Shown here: piece by piece, positions 1-9,191 of the stretch
Numbering within the stretch: position 1 is the stretch's first letter
How the letters are laid out: every line of letters starts with the position of its first letter
IMG/VR virus record: IMGVR_UViG_3300014499_000008
Span: 1 to 55,533 of that record
DNA from: a virus
Taxonomy: Duplodnaviria > Caudoviricetes
Reading direction: 5' to 3' (one strand)
DNA: 55,533 nt
Position numbers and translations under genes: made by a program
Notes under the pieces: model-generated
Told to the model about the DNA's origin: nothing
The model's database searches: none
What the model saw: only the letters and a program-made list of their open reading frames with translations

Positions 1-276
1 CCTTTGCGCGGTTATCTCGCAATCATGTTTTATCCGGGAGCGAATTATTACGTTGTGGAAGATGTTCACTTCGAGCACCTTCTCAAATGTGAGCTTGAAC
101 TTCGTGATCTGCGGCAGCAGATAGACGAGGGTTATCGTAAGGTCGAGGCAGCGCACGAAGAAGCCTGCCGTGAAATGGCTGCGCAGAAAGTAACTCTGGG
201 TCGAGTTCGAGCGCGCCAAACTGATAGAGTTGTAACGAACTAATTGCGCTGTAACATAGCGTATCGGTGGGCGTCT

Positions 277-285
277 TGCTATAAT
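277..285 (+). promoter_or_regulatory. Extended -10 promoter (TGCTATAAT), probably giving a leaderless mRNA
   Basis: Perfect TGnTATAAT ending 7 nt before the ATG at 293; no SD. Confidence 0.6.
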
Positions 286-292
286 GTGACGT

Positions 293-862
293 ATGAATGT
301 TGCTGAGATGGATGAAGCTCCGCCGCTGAACGCGTATAAGTTCGCCACGCTTCGCTCACTGCGCGCCTGCCTGCGATCGTTTTCGTCGCTTAGTTCGCTT
401 ACTAATAGCGGCGACTTTGAATCGGCCACGATCTTGTTTGATCTGGCCGGGGCTATCAATGATCCGTTACAGCGCACGATGGTGTTGACGCCTCGACAGA
501 AGCAGGCTATCACGCTTCATCTCATTCAAGACAAACATGTCTCGGATGTATCACGGGAGATGGGCGTTACCGAGCGCGTCGTGTACCTCTTGGTGAACAC
601 CGGGTTACGTCGCCTCTTGTCGTTTCTGCAGGTCGGTGTGCTGCCGCAGTTCAGCGGGTGGAAACAGTGGGAACAGTGGCAAATCGATTACGTTCGGCAT
701 AATGCTGGGAAGTCACGTAAGGAGATTGGTGAACGTGTTGGGCGGTCGGAAGATGCTGTTCGGGTTCTCATCTGTCGCTTGCGTAAAGGAGGCGAGCGAC
801 TTGAAACTGGAAGCCGACGCAATCTTGGCTGCAGACCGGCGCTTGAACGGCAATCGGCTTGA
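293..862 (+). CDS. Sigma70 region-4-like / double HTH transcriptional regulator
   Basis: LTPRQKQAITLH...VSDVSREMGVTERVV matches region-4 HTH; second HTH SRKEIGERVGRSEDAV; directly upstream of terminase. Confidence 0.65.
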   Translation: MNVAEMDEAPPLNAYKFATLRSLRACLRSFSSLSSLTNSGDFESATILFDLAGAINDPLQRTMVLTPRQKQAITLHLIQDKHVSDVSREMGVTERVVYLLVNTGLRRLLSFLQVGVLPQFSGWKQWEQWQIDYVRHNAGKSRKEIGERVGRSEDAVRVLICRLRKGGERLETGSRRNLGCRPALERQSA

Positions 863-961
863 TCATCCGTTTCTCAATGAAGATCAGTTACGGACACGGC
901 ACATCAGAGAGTATTCGTGGGAACCGCGCGTACTCGATGAAACCCTAAGCGGGAAACGTTT

Positions 962-1549
962 ATGAGAGAACCGATGGATGCGGCACAGATCAGCATCTAT
1001 GAAATGTTCGTGGAGTTGGGTGACAAGCGTAACATTCCGAAGCTGTATGCGCTTTGTAACGAACAGAACTTGGGCGTAACGAGGCGTCAGCTTGAACGTT
1101 GGTGCCTCATCTACCGTTGGCGAGAGCAAGCGAAGAAGAGCACGGCGACGATCGCACGCAAGACCGAAGAGGTGTTGCTTGAAGATAGCATCAGCCGCGC
1201 GCGTAAGCTTATCTCAGGATTGCGATCGATTCAAGATCGATTCATTGTTCGTGTTGCCATTGATCCGCTTGATCCGAAATTGACTGATGAGCAGCGGCAG
1301 CGTGCGATTGATCCTGACTTCCGCGACTTTCAAGAAGCGGTCAAGCTTGAACGCTTGATCCTCGGCGATCCAACGGAGCGACGTGAGGATGTTACTACAT
1401 CTCGTCTTGTGGTCGAACTTGGAGAATCCGAATTGTTGGCTGCGGCGCGCTCGATCGCGGCGAAACGATACGGGCTGCCAACGGAAGAAGATATTAAAGC
1501 TATCAAAGACCGCGCGGAAGTGCCGATCGAGCAAGCTGTGGATGCGTGA
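962..1549 (+). CDS. Terminase small subunit (putative)
   Basis: Position; N-terminal HTH-like segment (LERW..YRW), helical middle, AVKLERLILGDPTER motif. Confidence 0.65.
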   Translation: MREPMDAAQISIYEMFVELGDKRNIPKLYALCNEQNLGVTRRQLERWCLIYRWREQAKKSTATIARKTEEVLLEDSISRARKLISGLRSIQDRFIVRVAIDPLDPKLTDEQRQRAIDPDFRDFQEAVKLERLILGDPTERREDVTTSRLVVELGESELLAAARSIAAKRYGLPTEEDIKAIKDRAEVPIEQAVDA

Positions 1550-1815
1550 ACGTTCATGTTGAGATTGCGTTCGTCTGCGGTGTCATTGTTGGCATTGTTT
1601 TAACGCTTGTCAAACTTGTTTACGGTGAGCAATTGCCGAGAGGTGCTCCGAATATTCCGGTTCCCGAATGGGTGCCGACTACTAACGAACCGCATTCTGT
1701 CGTTCCACCGCCGCCGACACGTCAAAGTACACAAGTCACGCTACATGAAGGTACAACGCCGCCGCCGTCAACACCGCCTGCTACACCACGTTACGACAGA
1801 TTGCAGGATAAGTGA
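1546..1815 (+). CDS. Small membrane protein with Pro/Thr-rich tail
   Basis: N-terminal hydrophobic helix; GTGA overlaps with both neighbours. Confidence 0.55.
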   Translation: MNVHVEIAFVCGVIVGIVLTLVKLVYGEQLPRGAPNIPVPEWVPTTNEPHSVVPPPPTRQSTQVTLHEGTTPPPSTPPATPRYDRLQDK

Positions 1816-3425
1816 ACGGTTTAGAACTGTCGGGACAACTCATTGACAAAACGCAATTCGGCTATGCGTTAGAATATGTCTATCTTGACGGCAAACCATT
1901 TGATTTCGAGGGACATAACTACCTCTTAGATATGTACGGCGATACTCACCCTTATCAGGTCGTTGAGAAAGCGGCGCAGATGGGGGCGAGTGTTATCGGC
2001 ATGATCAAGTCGTTCTTCGTTTGTGACAAGCTAGGTAAGAATGTCATCTATTTCTTCCCGACCGACGAGGACGTTCGCGAGTTCAGCAAATCGCGAGTTG
2101 CACCAATCATTCGCGACTCTCCTCATATACGCGCTATTGTGGATGATGTCGATTCAGTCTCACTGCGGCAAGTAGGGCGTGGCTTTCTGTACTTCCGTGG
2201 TATGCGATCGAAAATAAGGATGAAGTCGGTTCCGGCCGATATGCTAGTATTTGACGAACTCGATGAAGTCTCGATCGATCAGTTCGAGCTTGCCGATCAA
2301 CGCTTGAATCACTCGACGTTGAAATGGCGCTACATGCTATCAACGCCGACGTTCGATAACTACGGCATTGATTATGAGTTCCAAAAGTCTGACCGGCGCT
2401 ATTGGAATCTCATTTGCAAGAAGTGCAGCACGTACAACATTATGGAGAAGCAGTGGCCGGAATGCGTGCGGCGAGATGATGAGATTATCGCATACCTGAT
2501 CTGCCGGAAGTGCAAAGCGATCCTTGATTCACAGTTTGGGCAATGGGTAGCTGAAGCACCGAACGTGCAGCGCATTCGCGGTTATCACCTGTGTGGACTC
2601 TATTCCGTGTACGCCGATCTGCCGGGGTGGTTGGACAACTACAACTCGGGGCGCAAGCGTGAGGAGTTCATGCGCTCGAAGCTGGGCCTGCCGTGGGTAA
2701 GCGCTGATCAGCGGGTGACGGAAGATGTCGTTCTGCGATGCGTCGATGGGCATGAGATTGGCCCAGCTATTCCCCATAGTTACATGGGCGTAGACCAAAA
2801 AGGTGACGGCCTACACGTCGTCATTCGCGGGCGTGATAAGATCACGAAGCGTCCAAAGATCATCTTCATCGGGATTGTGAAGATGTTTCATGAGCTTGAT
2901 CCACTGATGCGGATTTACGATGTCGATCTGTGCGTCATCGACGGTACGCCGAACCAGCATAGTGCTCGTGAGTTCAGCTTACGTTTCCCTGGGCGCGTGC
3001 ATCTTTGTTATTACGTTGAGACGCAGAAGGGCACATATAAGTGGACTGAGCCTCGCGCGTTTGCAGATACCGATACACCAGGCGATTATCAAGTGCTTGT
3101 GAATCGCACCGAAGCACTCGATGATATGTTTGAGGAAATAACTCATCGCGAGATTTCACTGCCCAAGATCAATGATGATGTAACGAATGCATTCGTGCGG
3201 CAACTCTGCAATCTCGCACGCATCAATGAGATTGATGACGACGGCGGCGTAAAACAAGCAGTTTGGAAACGGCTAGGCGAGGATCACTTCGCTCACGCTA
3301 ACTCATACAGCGGTATTGCGCAGGCCAAGTTTGATAGTGGACCCGCGCAAGCAGTTGTGGTCAATTCACCGATGATGTCTGCGATACGTTACTCGCGCAA
3401 CTACGAACAAAACAGTAGGTACTGA
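1812..3425 (+). CDS. terL: Terminase large subunit, GpA family
   Basis: KAAQMGAS Walker A, VFDELD Walker B, STPT motif, two CxxC, nuclease MGVDQ, C-terminal DHFAHA. Confidence 0.92.
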   Translation: MNGLELSGQLIDKTQFGYALEYVYLDGKPFDFEGHNYLLDMYGDTHPYQVVEKAAQMGASVIGMIKSFFVCDKLGKNVIYFFPTDEDVREFSKSRVAPIIRDSPHIRAIVDDVDSVSLRQVGRGFLYFRGMRSKIRMKSVPADMLVFDELDEVSIDQFELADQRLNHSTLKWRYMLSTPTFDNYGIDYEFQKSDRRYWNLICKKCSTYNIMEKQWPECVRRDDEIIAYLICRKCKAILDSQFGQWVAEAPNVQRIRGYHLCGLYSVYADLPGWLDNYNSGRKREEFMRSKLGLPWVSADQRVTEDVVLRCVDGHEIGPAIPHSYMGVDQKGDGLHVVIRGRDKITKRPKIIFIGIVKMFHELDPLMRIYDVDLCVIDGTPNQHSAREFSLRFPGRVHLCYYVETQKGTYKWTEPRAFADTDTPGDYQVLVNRTEALDDMFEEITHREISLPKINDDVTNAFVRQLCNLARINEIDDDGGVKQAVWKRLGEDHFAHANSYSGIAQAKFDSGPAQAVVVNSPMMSAIRYSRNYEQNSRY

Positions 3426-3428
3426 GTT

Positions 3429-6164
3429 GTGAAAACCTTACCGGAACATATCGCTGACGTTATCGGATGGCTTGGACTTGCACCGCTGCCGTACAATGCC
3501 TCTGAAGTCCTTTCTGCGCCTGCAGTCGTTGTGCCGCCGGAGAAGGCATCGCTTCGCAATTCATCGTTCGTTCAAGAACCGAAACAATACGATGGCGATG
3601 CAGAGTTCATTGAAGCAGCGAAACCGCAGCTTACGCTCTTTGATCTGTCGAAGGATACTGACCATCTCGGCAATCGGTATGAGGTCAGTGCAACGCTGTA
3701 TGAGGCGGCGAGTGATGGGCAGTCGTATCGGTTGCGCCGTGTTGAAGGGCGTGAAGCTCTCCGTGAGGCGGTGTCACACGCTTCAGAACGATGGGAGCAA
3801 CTTGCCAACCCTACTCTCAACCCCCGGCACATGCGCGAAGCATCGACGCTCGATCGCAATCGCATCATCGAGGCAGCAGCAAATCAGGTGCGACATCGTT
3901 TAACTGAAAGCGCACTCGGCAGCGGTTTCGAGTACGGTGACGGCTATGGTTCGCAAGATCAGTCGTTTGCAATGCGTGATCGGTATGGTGACGGTCATGA
4001 TTCTAGCGCCGAGTATATTCCGCTGATGGGTGGGCCGTACTCGAAGCAGCTTTACCTATATCAGTATTTGGATATGCACCGCAAGGCGTTCGAGGCGTAC
4101 AATCACAATCCGCTTGCACATCAATTGATCGAGATGCAAACCGCGTTTGTGCTTGGTCGCGGTATCGATCACCAATCATCGAACAATGATGTTGATGCGG
4201 TGTGGCGCGAGTTCTGCGAACGGACGAACTTCTATCAAGACTTGGAGAACATCGCAAACGATTTGTGGTGGCAGGGCGAGTTGATGTTGGAGTTCTATGA
4301 TGATGATCCAAAGAAAGGCTTGACCGATTACCGCATGATCGACCCGTCAACTATCTGGGAGATAGTGACGGACGCGGAAGATATGCAGAAACTGTTCTAC
4401 TATCATCAACAGTACAGCACCCCAATGCAGCAATATGTTACCAACAACATTCAGACGACGAAATACATCATTCGACAGATTCCTGCCGGTGATGTACTGC
4501 ATGTGAAACTGAACGTGTCGAAGTATGAGAAGCGTGGGCGTACTGATCTGTTCAGCGTTCTTGGTTGGTTGAAGCGGCTCAAAGACTTGATGAACGCGCG
4601 GGTGATCAAGGGACAACTTGAAGCTGCGTTCGTGTTCGACATCGAGATAAACGCAGGTGATGCACAGGTCGCACAGGCAACGATGCAACTGCCTGATGCA
4701 TTCAAGCCGGGTAGCAATTGGGTTCACAACAAGAACGCGCAGATGAAGCCTGTTGCTAGCGGCATCCGTGCCAACGAATCGCAGCCTGACGTGAATGCGC
4801 TCTTGAACTTGATCGCGGTCGGTTTCGGTATTCCGAAAGAGTTCATCGGCGAGGCGGGTAAAGGTGCGCGTGCCGGTGCTCTTGTTGCTACCGAACCCGG
4901 TACGAAGCGTTTCGAGAAGCGTCAGCGGTTGGTCGAATACATCGCGCAGCAGATATGCGATCGTGTACTGAACAATGCGGCGAAGGCGGGGAAACTCGAT
5001 CTTGACGAAGTGCTCAAAGATGCGCGCAGTGTGCAGCGGCTTGGAAAGCTCGATCAGAACATGCCGACGCGCAGCGATGTGTCGGACGAGATGCAAAAGA
5101 AGAACGATGATTTCGCTGACGAGCAGAAGCAACAGCAGCAAGATCAAATCGATACGCAGACGGCGATGATGAAAACGCAGGGCAAGCAACAGCACGAGCT
5201 TGCACTGAATGATCAAAAGAACCAGCATCGTCAGGCGTTGGCATCGATGAAGTCCAACACCTCGAAGGTCGTCCACACAATCAACGAGCGGCGGTCAACG
5301 AGTGGCCCAGTTCAAGAATCAACACGGTTGCGGGTAGTCGAAGCCAAGTCAGATTCGGACACCAAGAACACAGCAAAGCTTTCAGAAGATCAAACGGCAC
5401 GCATCGCAGCGATCAAAGAGTCAGGCAAGCTATCCGCTGAGTTCATCGAGTTCATCTTCCCCTCGATCGCGCAAGAAGATCGCAGTGCGAAGCTCAAAGA
5501 CTTGGCATTGGCCGAGGCGATGCAATGGTTGCCCAAGTCCGTGTCGGCGACGATGGCGGCGAAGGAACTCAATATCACCACCTACAGCTTTGAGGAAAGC
5601 TGGGCGCAGATCGTTGAGGAGGCCGAGTACGGGTTCTCGATGGCTCATGTGTACGCGCAGGACAATCAGCACACCCCGGCGACCGCGCAGGCCCAAGACG
5701 TGCAAGAGGAGGAGCAGGCGAAGCAGCCGATCGCGCCTCAGAATCAGATGACCAACGTTCCCGTCCCCCCGGCGGTCGCTGGCGACAAGCTGATGCCCGC
5801 GCTACCTCCTGGCGGGGGCGGGAAGGGTCCTGGCAGCGTACCGCCTGGGCAGCAGCCGAACAGCGGGGCGACGAAGGTCAATAAGCACAGCGGCCCCAAC
5901 CCGAACGATACCGACCCTACGGCCAAACCACACGGCTACAGTGCAGCGGCGAACCATCCGATGACCGGCGCAGGCGCGGGCAAGATACGTCAAGCGGCGG
6001 GGCGTGAAGCGATAGTTCGTAAGAAAGCAATCTACGATCAGTTGCTACGTGAGGCTGTTGGCCCTGCTATGGAACTGCGGACCAAGATCGCACAAACGAT
6101 TCTCGCTGACACCAAGAGCGTTGAGGAACTCCTCGAACAGTTCAAAGAGTCTGCATCCGAGTGA
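3429..6164 (+). CDS. Portal protein with long N- and C-terminal extensions
   Basis: Follows TerL; YNHNPLAHQLIE...FVLGRGI, WQGELMLE, HVKLN...RGRTDL, GIPKEFIG portal motifs. Confidence 0.85.
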   Translation: MKTLPEHIADVIGWLGLAPLPYNASEVLSAPAVVVPPEKASLRNSSFVQEPKQYDGDAEFIEAAKPQLTLFDLSKDTDHLGNRYEVSATLYEAASDGQSYRLRRVEGREALREAVSHASERWEQLANPTLNPRHMREASTLDRNRIIEAAANQVRHRLTESALGSGFEYGDGYGSQDQSFAMRDRYGDGHDSSAEYIPLMGGPYSKQLYLYQYLDMHRKAFEAYNHNPLAHQLIEMQTAFVLGRGIDHQSSNNDVDAVWREFCERTNFYQDLENIANDLWWQGELMLEFYDDDPKKGLTDYRMIDPSTIWEIVTDAEDMQKLFYYHQQYSTPMQQYVTNNIQTTKYIIRQIPAGDVLHVKLNVSKYEKRGRTDLFSVLGWLKRLKDLMNARVIKGQLEAAFVFDIEINAGDAQVAQATMQLPDAFKPGSNWVHNKNAQMKPVASGIRANESQPDVNALLNLIAVGFGIPKEFIGEAGKGARAGALVATEPGTKRFEKRQRLVEYIAQQICDRVLNNAAKAGKLDLDEVLKDARSVQRLGKLDQNMPTRSDVSDEMQKKNDDFADEQKQQQQDQIDTQTAMMKTQGKQQHELALNDQKNQHRQALASMKSNTSKVVHTINERRSTSGPVQESTRLRVVEAKSDSDTKNTAKLSEDQTARIAAIKESGKLSAEFIEFIFPSIAQEDRSAKLKDLALAEAMQWLPKSVSATMAAKELNITTYSFEESWAQIVEEAEYGFSMAHVYAQDNQHTPATAQAQDVQEEEQAKQPIAPQNQMTNVPVPPAVAGDKLMPALPPGGGGKGPGSVPPGQQPNSGATKVNKHSGPNPNDTDPTAKPHGYSAAANHPMTGAGAGKIRQAAGREAIVRKKAIYDQLLREAVGPAMELRTKIAQTILADTKSVEELLEQFKESASE

Positions 6165-7681
6165 CCGATTCCATCAAGCATGCGCGTGCGGTAAAACGTC
6201 TTGCGCGTGCAGTAGAGTTACGCGAAGCGCAGACACAGACGATTACTGAGATATTGCAGGCGGTGCATCACGATCACATTATTGCCGTTGAGTCGATGAT
6301 CGTTCGTTATCGCGCCGATTTGTTATCCGCGTTGTGGCACAAACGTACAGAGATTATCGGTGCAGCGGAGAATCATCCTGCGCTCGCGGTCGTATTGAAC
6401 AGTCTCACCTTCAGTTTTCAACTGTTGGCGCGTGAATATGTTCCGCTTGCATGTAATCTTGGTGTTGAACGCGCACTGCATGATCTTCAAGTGCGTGGAT
6501 GGTTGCGTCATATCATCGGTAAGCCGGTAGCGAAAGTATCGGTCGTTGATTCGATCTTGATGGAGAATCTCGGCTATCTTCGCGATTCGCTGCTTCCAGC
6601 AATGCATCGCGAGTTGTTTGATGACGAATCAGCAGATGTAAAGCTTGATTCAATGAAAGCACGTATTGGATCATACGCGCATTATCTCTGGAAAGCCGCA
6701 GAACGCAGCTACGTTGTTACATTGCGAGAGTTCTTTATGAAAGTCAAAATGAATACAAAGCCAAAGCTGAAGCTTGCAGAAAGCACCGATGATCCGAGTA
6801 AGTTGAAGTTGACGGAAAGCCATGTGTCAACATTGAAGCTCGTTGAAGGCGGTTACGGCAGTGGCTTTTGGGGGCATCCTGGTCGTCCTGGGATGCGTGG
6901 TGGAAGTTCTAAAGGTCCTGGTCGCGCGCGTGCAATCTTCATCATGGGCGGCGGTGGAAGCGGAAAAGGCTCTACGACAAAGAGTTATGTGAAACGCTAC
7001 GGTATTCAAGAAAAAGATGTGATTGATTCGGACGCGATTAAGAAAGAGATTCCCACATTTGCAAATAAGGTTGATGAACACGGGCTTTATGGTCCGAGTG
7101 GACCGAAGTCATTAGCTGAGTTTGCGAAGTATACGCCAGATGTGCAAGCTCGCACCGAAGCATGGGTGAAAGCGAATACAGAGTTCAAGAGCGTAGCCGA
7201 TTTCGCAAAGGCAGTTGATATTAGCGGCGGCATGACACATGAATTGTCGTCGTATGTAGCAAAGTCGAGATTAGCGGACGCGTTGAACGACGGTAAACGA
7301 TCGTTCATTTATGATTCTGTCGGAAACAAGAATTATGTGCAGTCGTATAAGGATGCTGAAGGCGACACACATCCATCATGGTCCGATCAAGCGATGGCAA
7401 AGGGCCTAGCTGTCACAATCCATCATGTGTACGCGCCGCGCGAGGTCGCGCTCAAGCGGAACGACGGGCGTGATCGTACGGTACCGGAGAAGCAATTGCT
7501 AGGTACCCACGACAAGGCCGACCTGATCGCGCCGATCATCCGCGCGGGGGTGAAAGCGGCCCAGGCACAGGGTAAACCGATCACCTTCCGCCATACGAAT
7601 GCCTTCACGATCAAGAATCTCCGTGAAGCTCGTGCCCTTGGGTACACCCGCATAGGGCACAAGGGTACTCCTTCTCCGTGA
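6161..7681 (+). CDS. Minor head protein (MuF-like N-terminal part) fused to zeta-toxin-like P-loop kinase
   Basis: Follows portal; IFIMGGGGSGKGS, IDSDAIK, FIYDSV, VALKRNDGRDRTVP typical of Zeta/AAA_33. Confidence 0.7.
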   Translation: MTDSIKHARAVKRLARAVELREAQTQTITEILQAVHHDHIIAVESMIVRYRADLLSALWHKRTEIIGAAENHPALAVVLNSLTFSFQLLAREYVPLACNLGVERALHDLQVRGWLRHIIGKPVAKVSVVDSILMENLGYLRDSLLPAMHRELFDDESADVKLDSMKARIGSYAHYLWKAAERSYVVTLREFFMKVKMNTKPKLKLAESTDDPSKLKLTESHVSTLKLVEGGYGSGFWGHPGRPGMRGGSSKGPGRARAIFIMGGGGSGKGSTTKSYVKRYGIQEKDVIDSDAIKKEIPTFANKVDEHGLYGPSGPKSLAEFAKYTPDVQARTEAWVKANTEFKSVADFAKAVDISGGMTHELSSYVAKSRLADALNDGKRSFIYDSVGNKNYVQSYKDAEGDTHPSWSDQAMAKGLAVTIHHVYAPREVALKRNDGRDRTVPEKQLLGTHDKADLIAPIIRAGVKAAQAQGKPITFRHTNAFTIKNLREARALGYTRIGHKGTPSP

Positions 7682-7691
7682 CTTCGGGGTG

Positions 7692-7761
7692 TGCAACCAT
7701 GATGGTGTCGTTTGTGTCATAGGGAGCGGAGGGACTTCCTCCACGACTGAAAAGGCTACAA
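7692..7761 (+). promoter_or_regulatory. Early promoter/leader cassette copy E
   Basis: TGCAACC-a-TGATGGTGTCGTTT...GGAGCGGAGGG...AAAGGCTACA-ATG; four related copies at 36.2-41.05 kb. Confidence 0.75.
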
Positions 7762-8253
7762 ATGACTACCAAAACACTTCCCCGGTTCGCGCAGCTTGCG
7801 CAAGAGCTATTCGATGCGATCGAGCCCGCAACGCGTTCAAACACTGACGAGAAGTACCTACGTCTCAAAGACGGTTCGCCGGAGTGGATGAAGTCAGCCA
7901 TCCGTTATGCACACGACGATGCACAAATGCTGCCGGACGATCTTCGCTACGAATACATCAACGACGCGGCGGAGATGTTGGCCCAGTGTGAAGATGAAGA
8001 TGCGGTCAACGATCTTGAGTTCGAGGCAGACATCTGTCACCATGAATTGTTCGCATGGTTAGCTTCACACGGCACGCGTTATAGTTACGTTGATGAAGAG
8101 GTCGAAGAGAACGGTCACTCTAGCGACGGTCTGATCGGCGATCTGCAGGCGGGTCAAGTGCGTGAGAAACAGGAAGTGTTGCAGCAGTTGTTTCACGCAC
8201 TGCAAACGCAAGCGGAGAACGAACCCAATGCCAATGACGAAGGCGGAGAGTAA
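7762..8253 (+). CDS. Highly acidic Ocr-like DNA-mimic / anti-restriction candidate
   Basis: D/E-rich 163 aa; EADICHHELFAWLAS segment resembles the T7 Ocr helix pattern; own early promoter cassette. Confidence 0.5.
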   Translation: MTTKTLPRFAQLAQELFDAIEPATRSNTDEKYLRLKDGSPEWMKSAIRYAHDDAQMLPDDLRYEYINDAAEMLAQCEDEDAVNDLEFEADICHHELFAWLASHGTRYSYVDEEVEENGHSSDGLIGDLQAGQVREKQEVLQQLFHALQTQAENEPNANDEGGE

Positions 8254-8395
8254 GGCGAAGCAGCGCGAATACTGGGTGAAGGAACGAGGCTACTGCAAGG
8301 ACTGCATGCAGCGGCCCCATCTTCCCGAACGAACGCGTTGCAAGCAATGCACCGATGATGAAGTTATCCGACAAAGAAAGAGACGAGCGAAATGA
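8228..8395 (+). CDS. Small Zn-finger protein
   Basis: CKDC...RCKQC; basic; ATGA overlap with next ORF. Confidence 0.5.
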   Translation: MPMTKAESKAKQREYWVKERGYCKDCMQRPHLPERTRCKQCTDDEVIRQRKRRAK

Positions 8396-8577
8396 GCATA
8401 CCGGAGAAGTACGACAAGAAAGCAGCAGCGTGGAAACCAACGTTACCACCCGATGAGCCATCTGAGTGGGAGAAAGAGCTTGAAGCAGATGCTAAAGCTG
8501 GTTTGATCACTACGACCGAGATGGGACCGGACGGCAACATGCACGCGATAGACTTTGCCAACGGCGATTATGACTAA
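8392..8577 (+). CDS. Hypothetical protein
   Basis: Coupled to neighbouring ORFs by overlaps. Confidence 0.45.
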   Translation: MSIPEKYDKKAAAWKPTLPPDEPSEWEKELEADAKAGLITTTEMGPDGNMHAIDFANGDYD

Positions 8578-9178
8578 GCTGCGTCTCGTATCGAGCGCAA
8601 AGCTAAAGTTAGTCGAAGGTTCACCTGATCAACCGCGTGACGATCACGGACGTTGGACAAGCGAAGGTGGCAACGCAAAGGCGATTGCTGATGCCACTTT
8701 CCGCAGTGGCGCAGGTGGTTCGTTTTCAACACATGGTCAGAAGCGTCCGACAACTGGTTACATGGTGGCAGAGAAAGATCACGAACGCATTGTTGATGCA
8801 CACACGCGCGATGCAGTTCGTGATGCTGTGGCGAAGTATCGTGCTGATTACAAAGCACCGCTAACGCGCGATCAAGTGTTCTTGGGAACATGGCTTGAAC
8901 ACGGTAAGCTCTACCTCGATAATTCACATAACATCCAAGACCGCAAAGCTGCGTTTGCATTCTCTGATGCGCATAACCAGTTTGCGGTCTATAACTTAGG
9001 AATTATGAAAGCTGAAAACACACGACAAGACGGTAAGCGGCCTAGTGAATCGAGCGCGCCGCTGACGGAAGCTGAGCAACCGCCGCAAGCGCATAAGCTG
9101 TTCTTCTCTGACGATATGAGCGATGATGAGATAGCTGATGCGATATGGGCAACACGGGATAAAGGCGGCGATAAGTAG
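8570..9178 (+). CDS. Putative internal virion protein with cleavable leader (KLKLVE/G) and QPRDxxGRW motif
   Basis: ATG 8570; MTKLRLVSSAKLKLVE-GSPDQPRDDHGRWT; core GTW..GKLYLD.S...NQFAVYNL. Confidence 0.65.
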   Translation: MTKLRLVSSAKLKLVEGSPDQPRDDHGRWTSEGGNAKAIADATFRSGAGGSFSTHGQKRPTTGYMVAEKDHERIVDAHTRDAVRDAVAKYRADYKAPLTRDQVFLGTWLEHGKLYLDNSHNIQDRKAAFAFSDAHNQFAVYNLGIMKAENTRQDGKRPSESSAPLTEAEQPPQAHKLFFSDDMSDDEIADAIWATRDKGGDK

Positions 9179-9191
9179 TATACTGCGGTGA

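Noticed and set aside
4347-5276. 309-aa antisense ORF and similar long shadow ORFs (e.g. 36055-36696)
   Set aside because: They lie opposite well-supported genes and reflect codon bias in GC-rich DNA
1812-6164. Intein or intron in terminase or the long portal
   Set aside because: No C...HN splice motifs or homing endonuclease signature; extra portal length is low-complexity or xxE-rich extension
7752-7759. AAGGCTAC as an alternative SD pairing with 16S GUAGCC at helix 45
   Set aside because: That rRNA segment is base-paired and the match is imperfect; AAAGG at normal spacing already explains SD function
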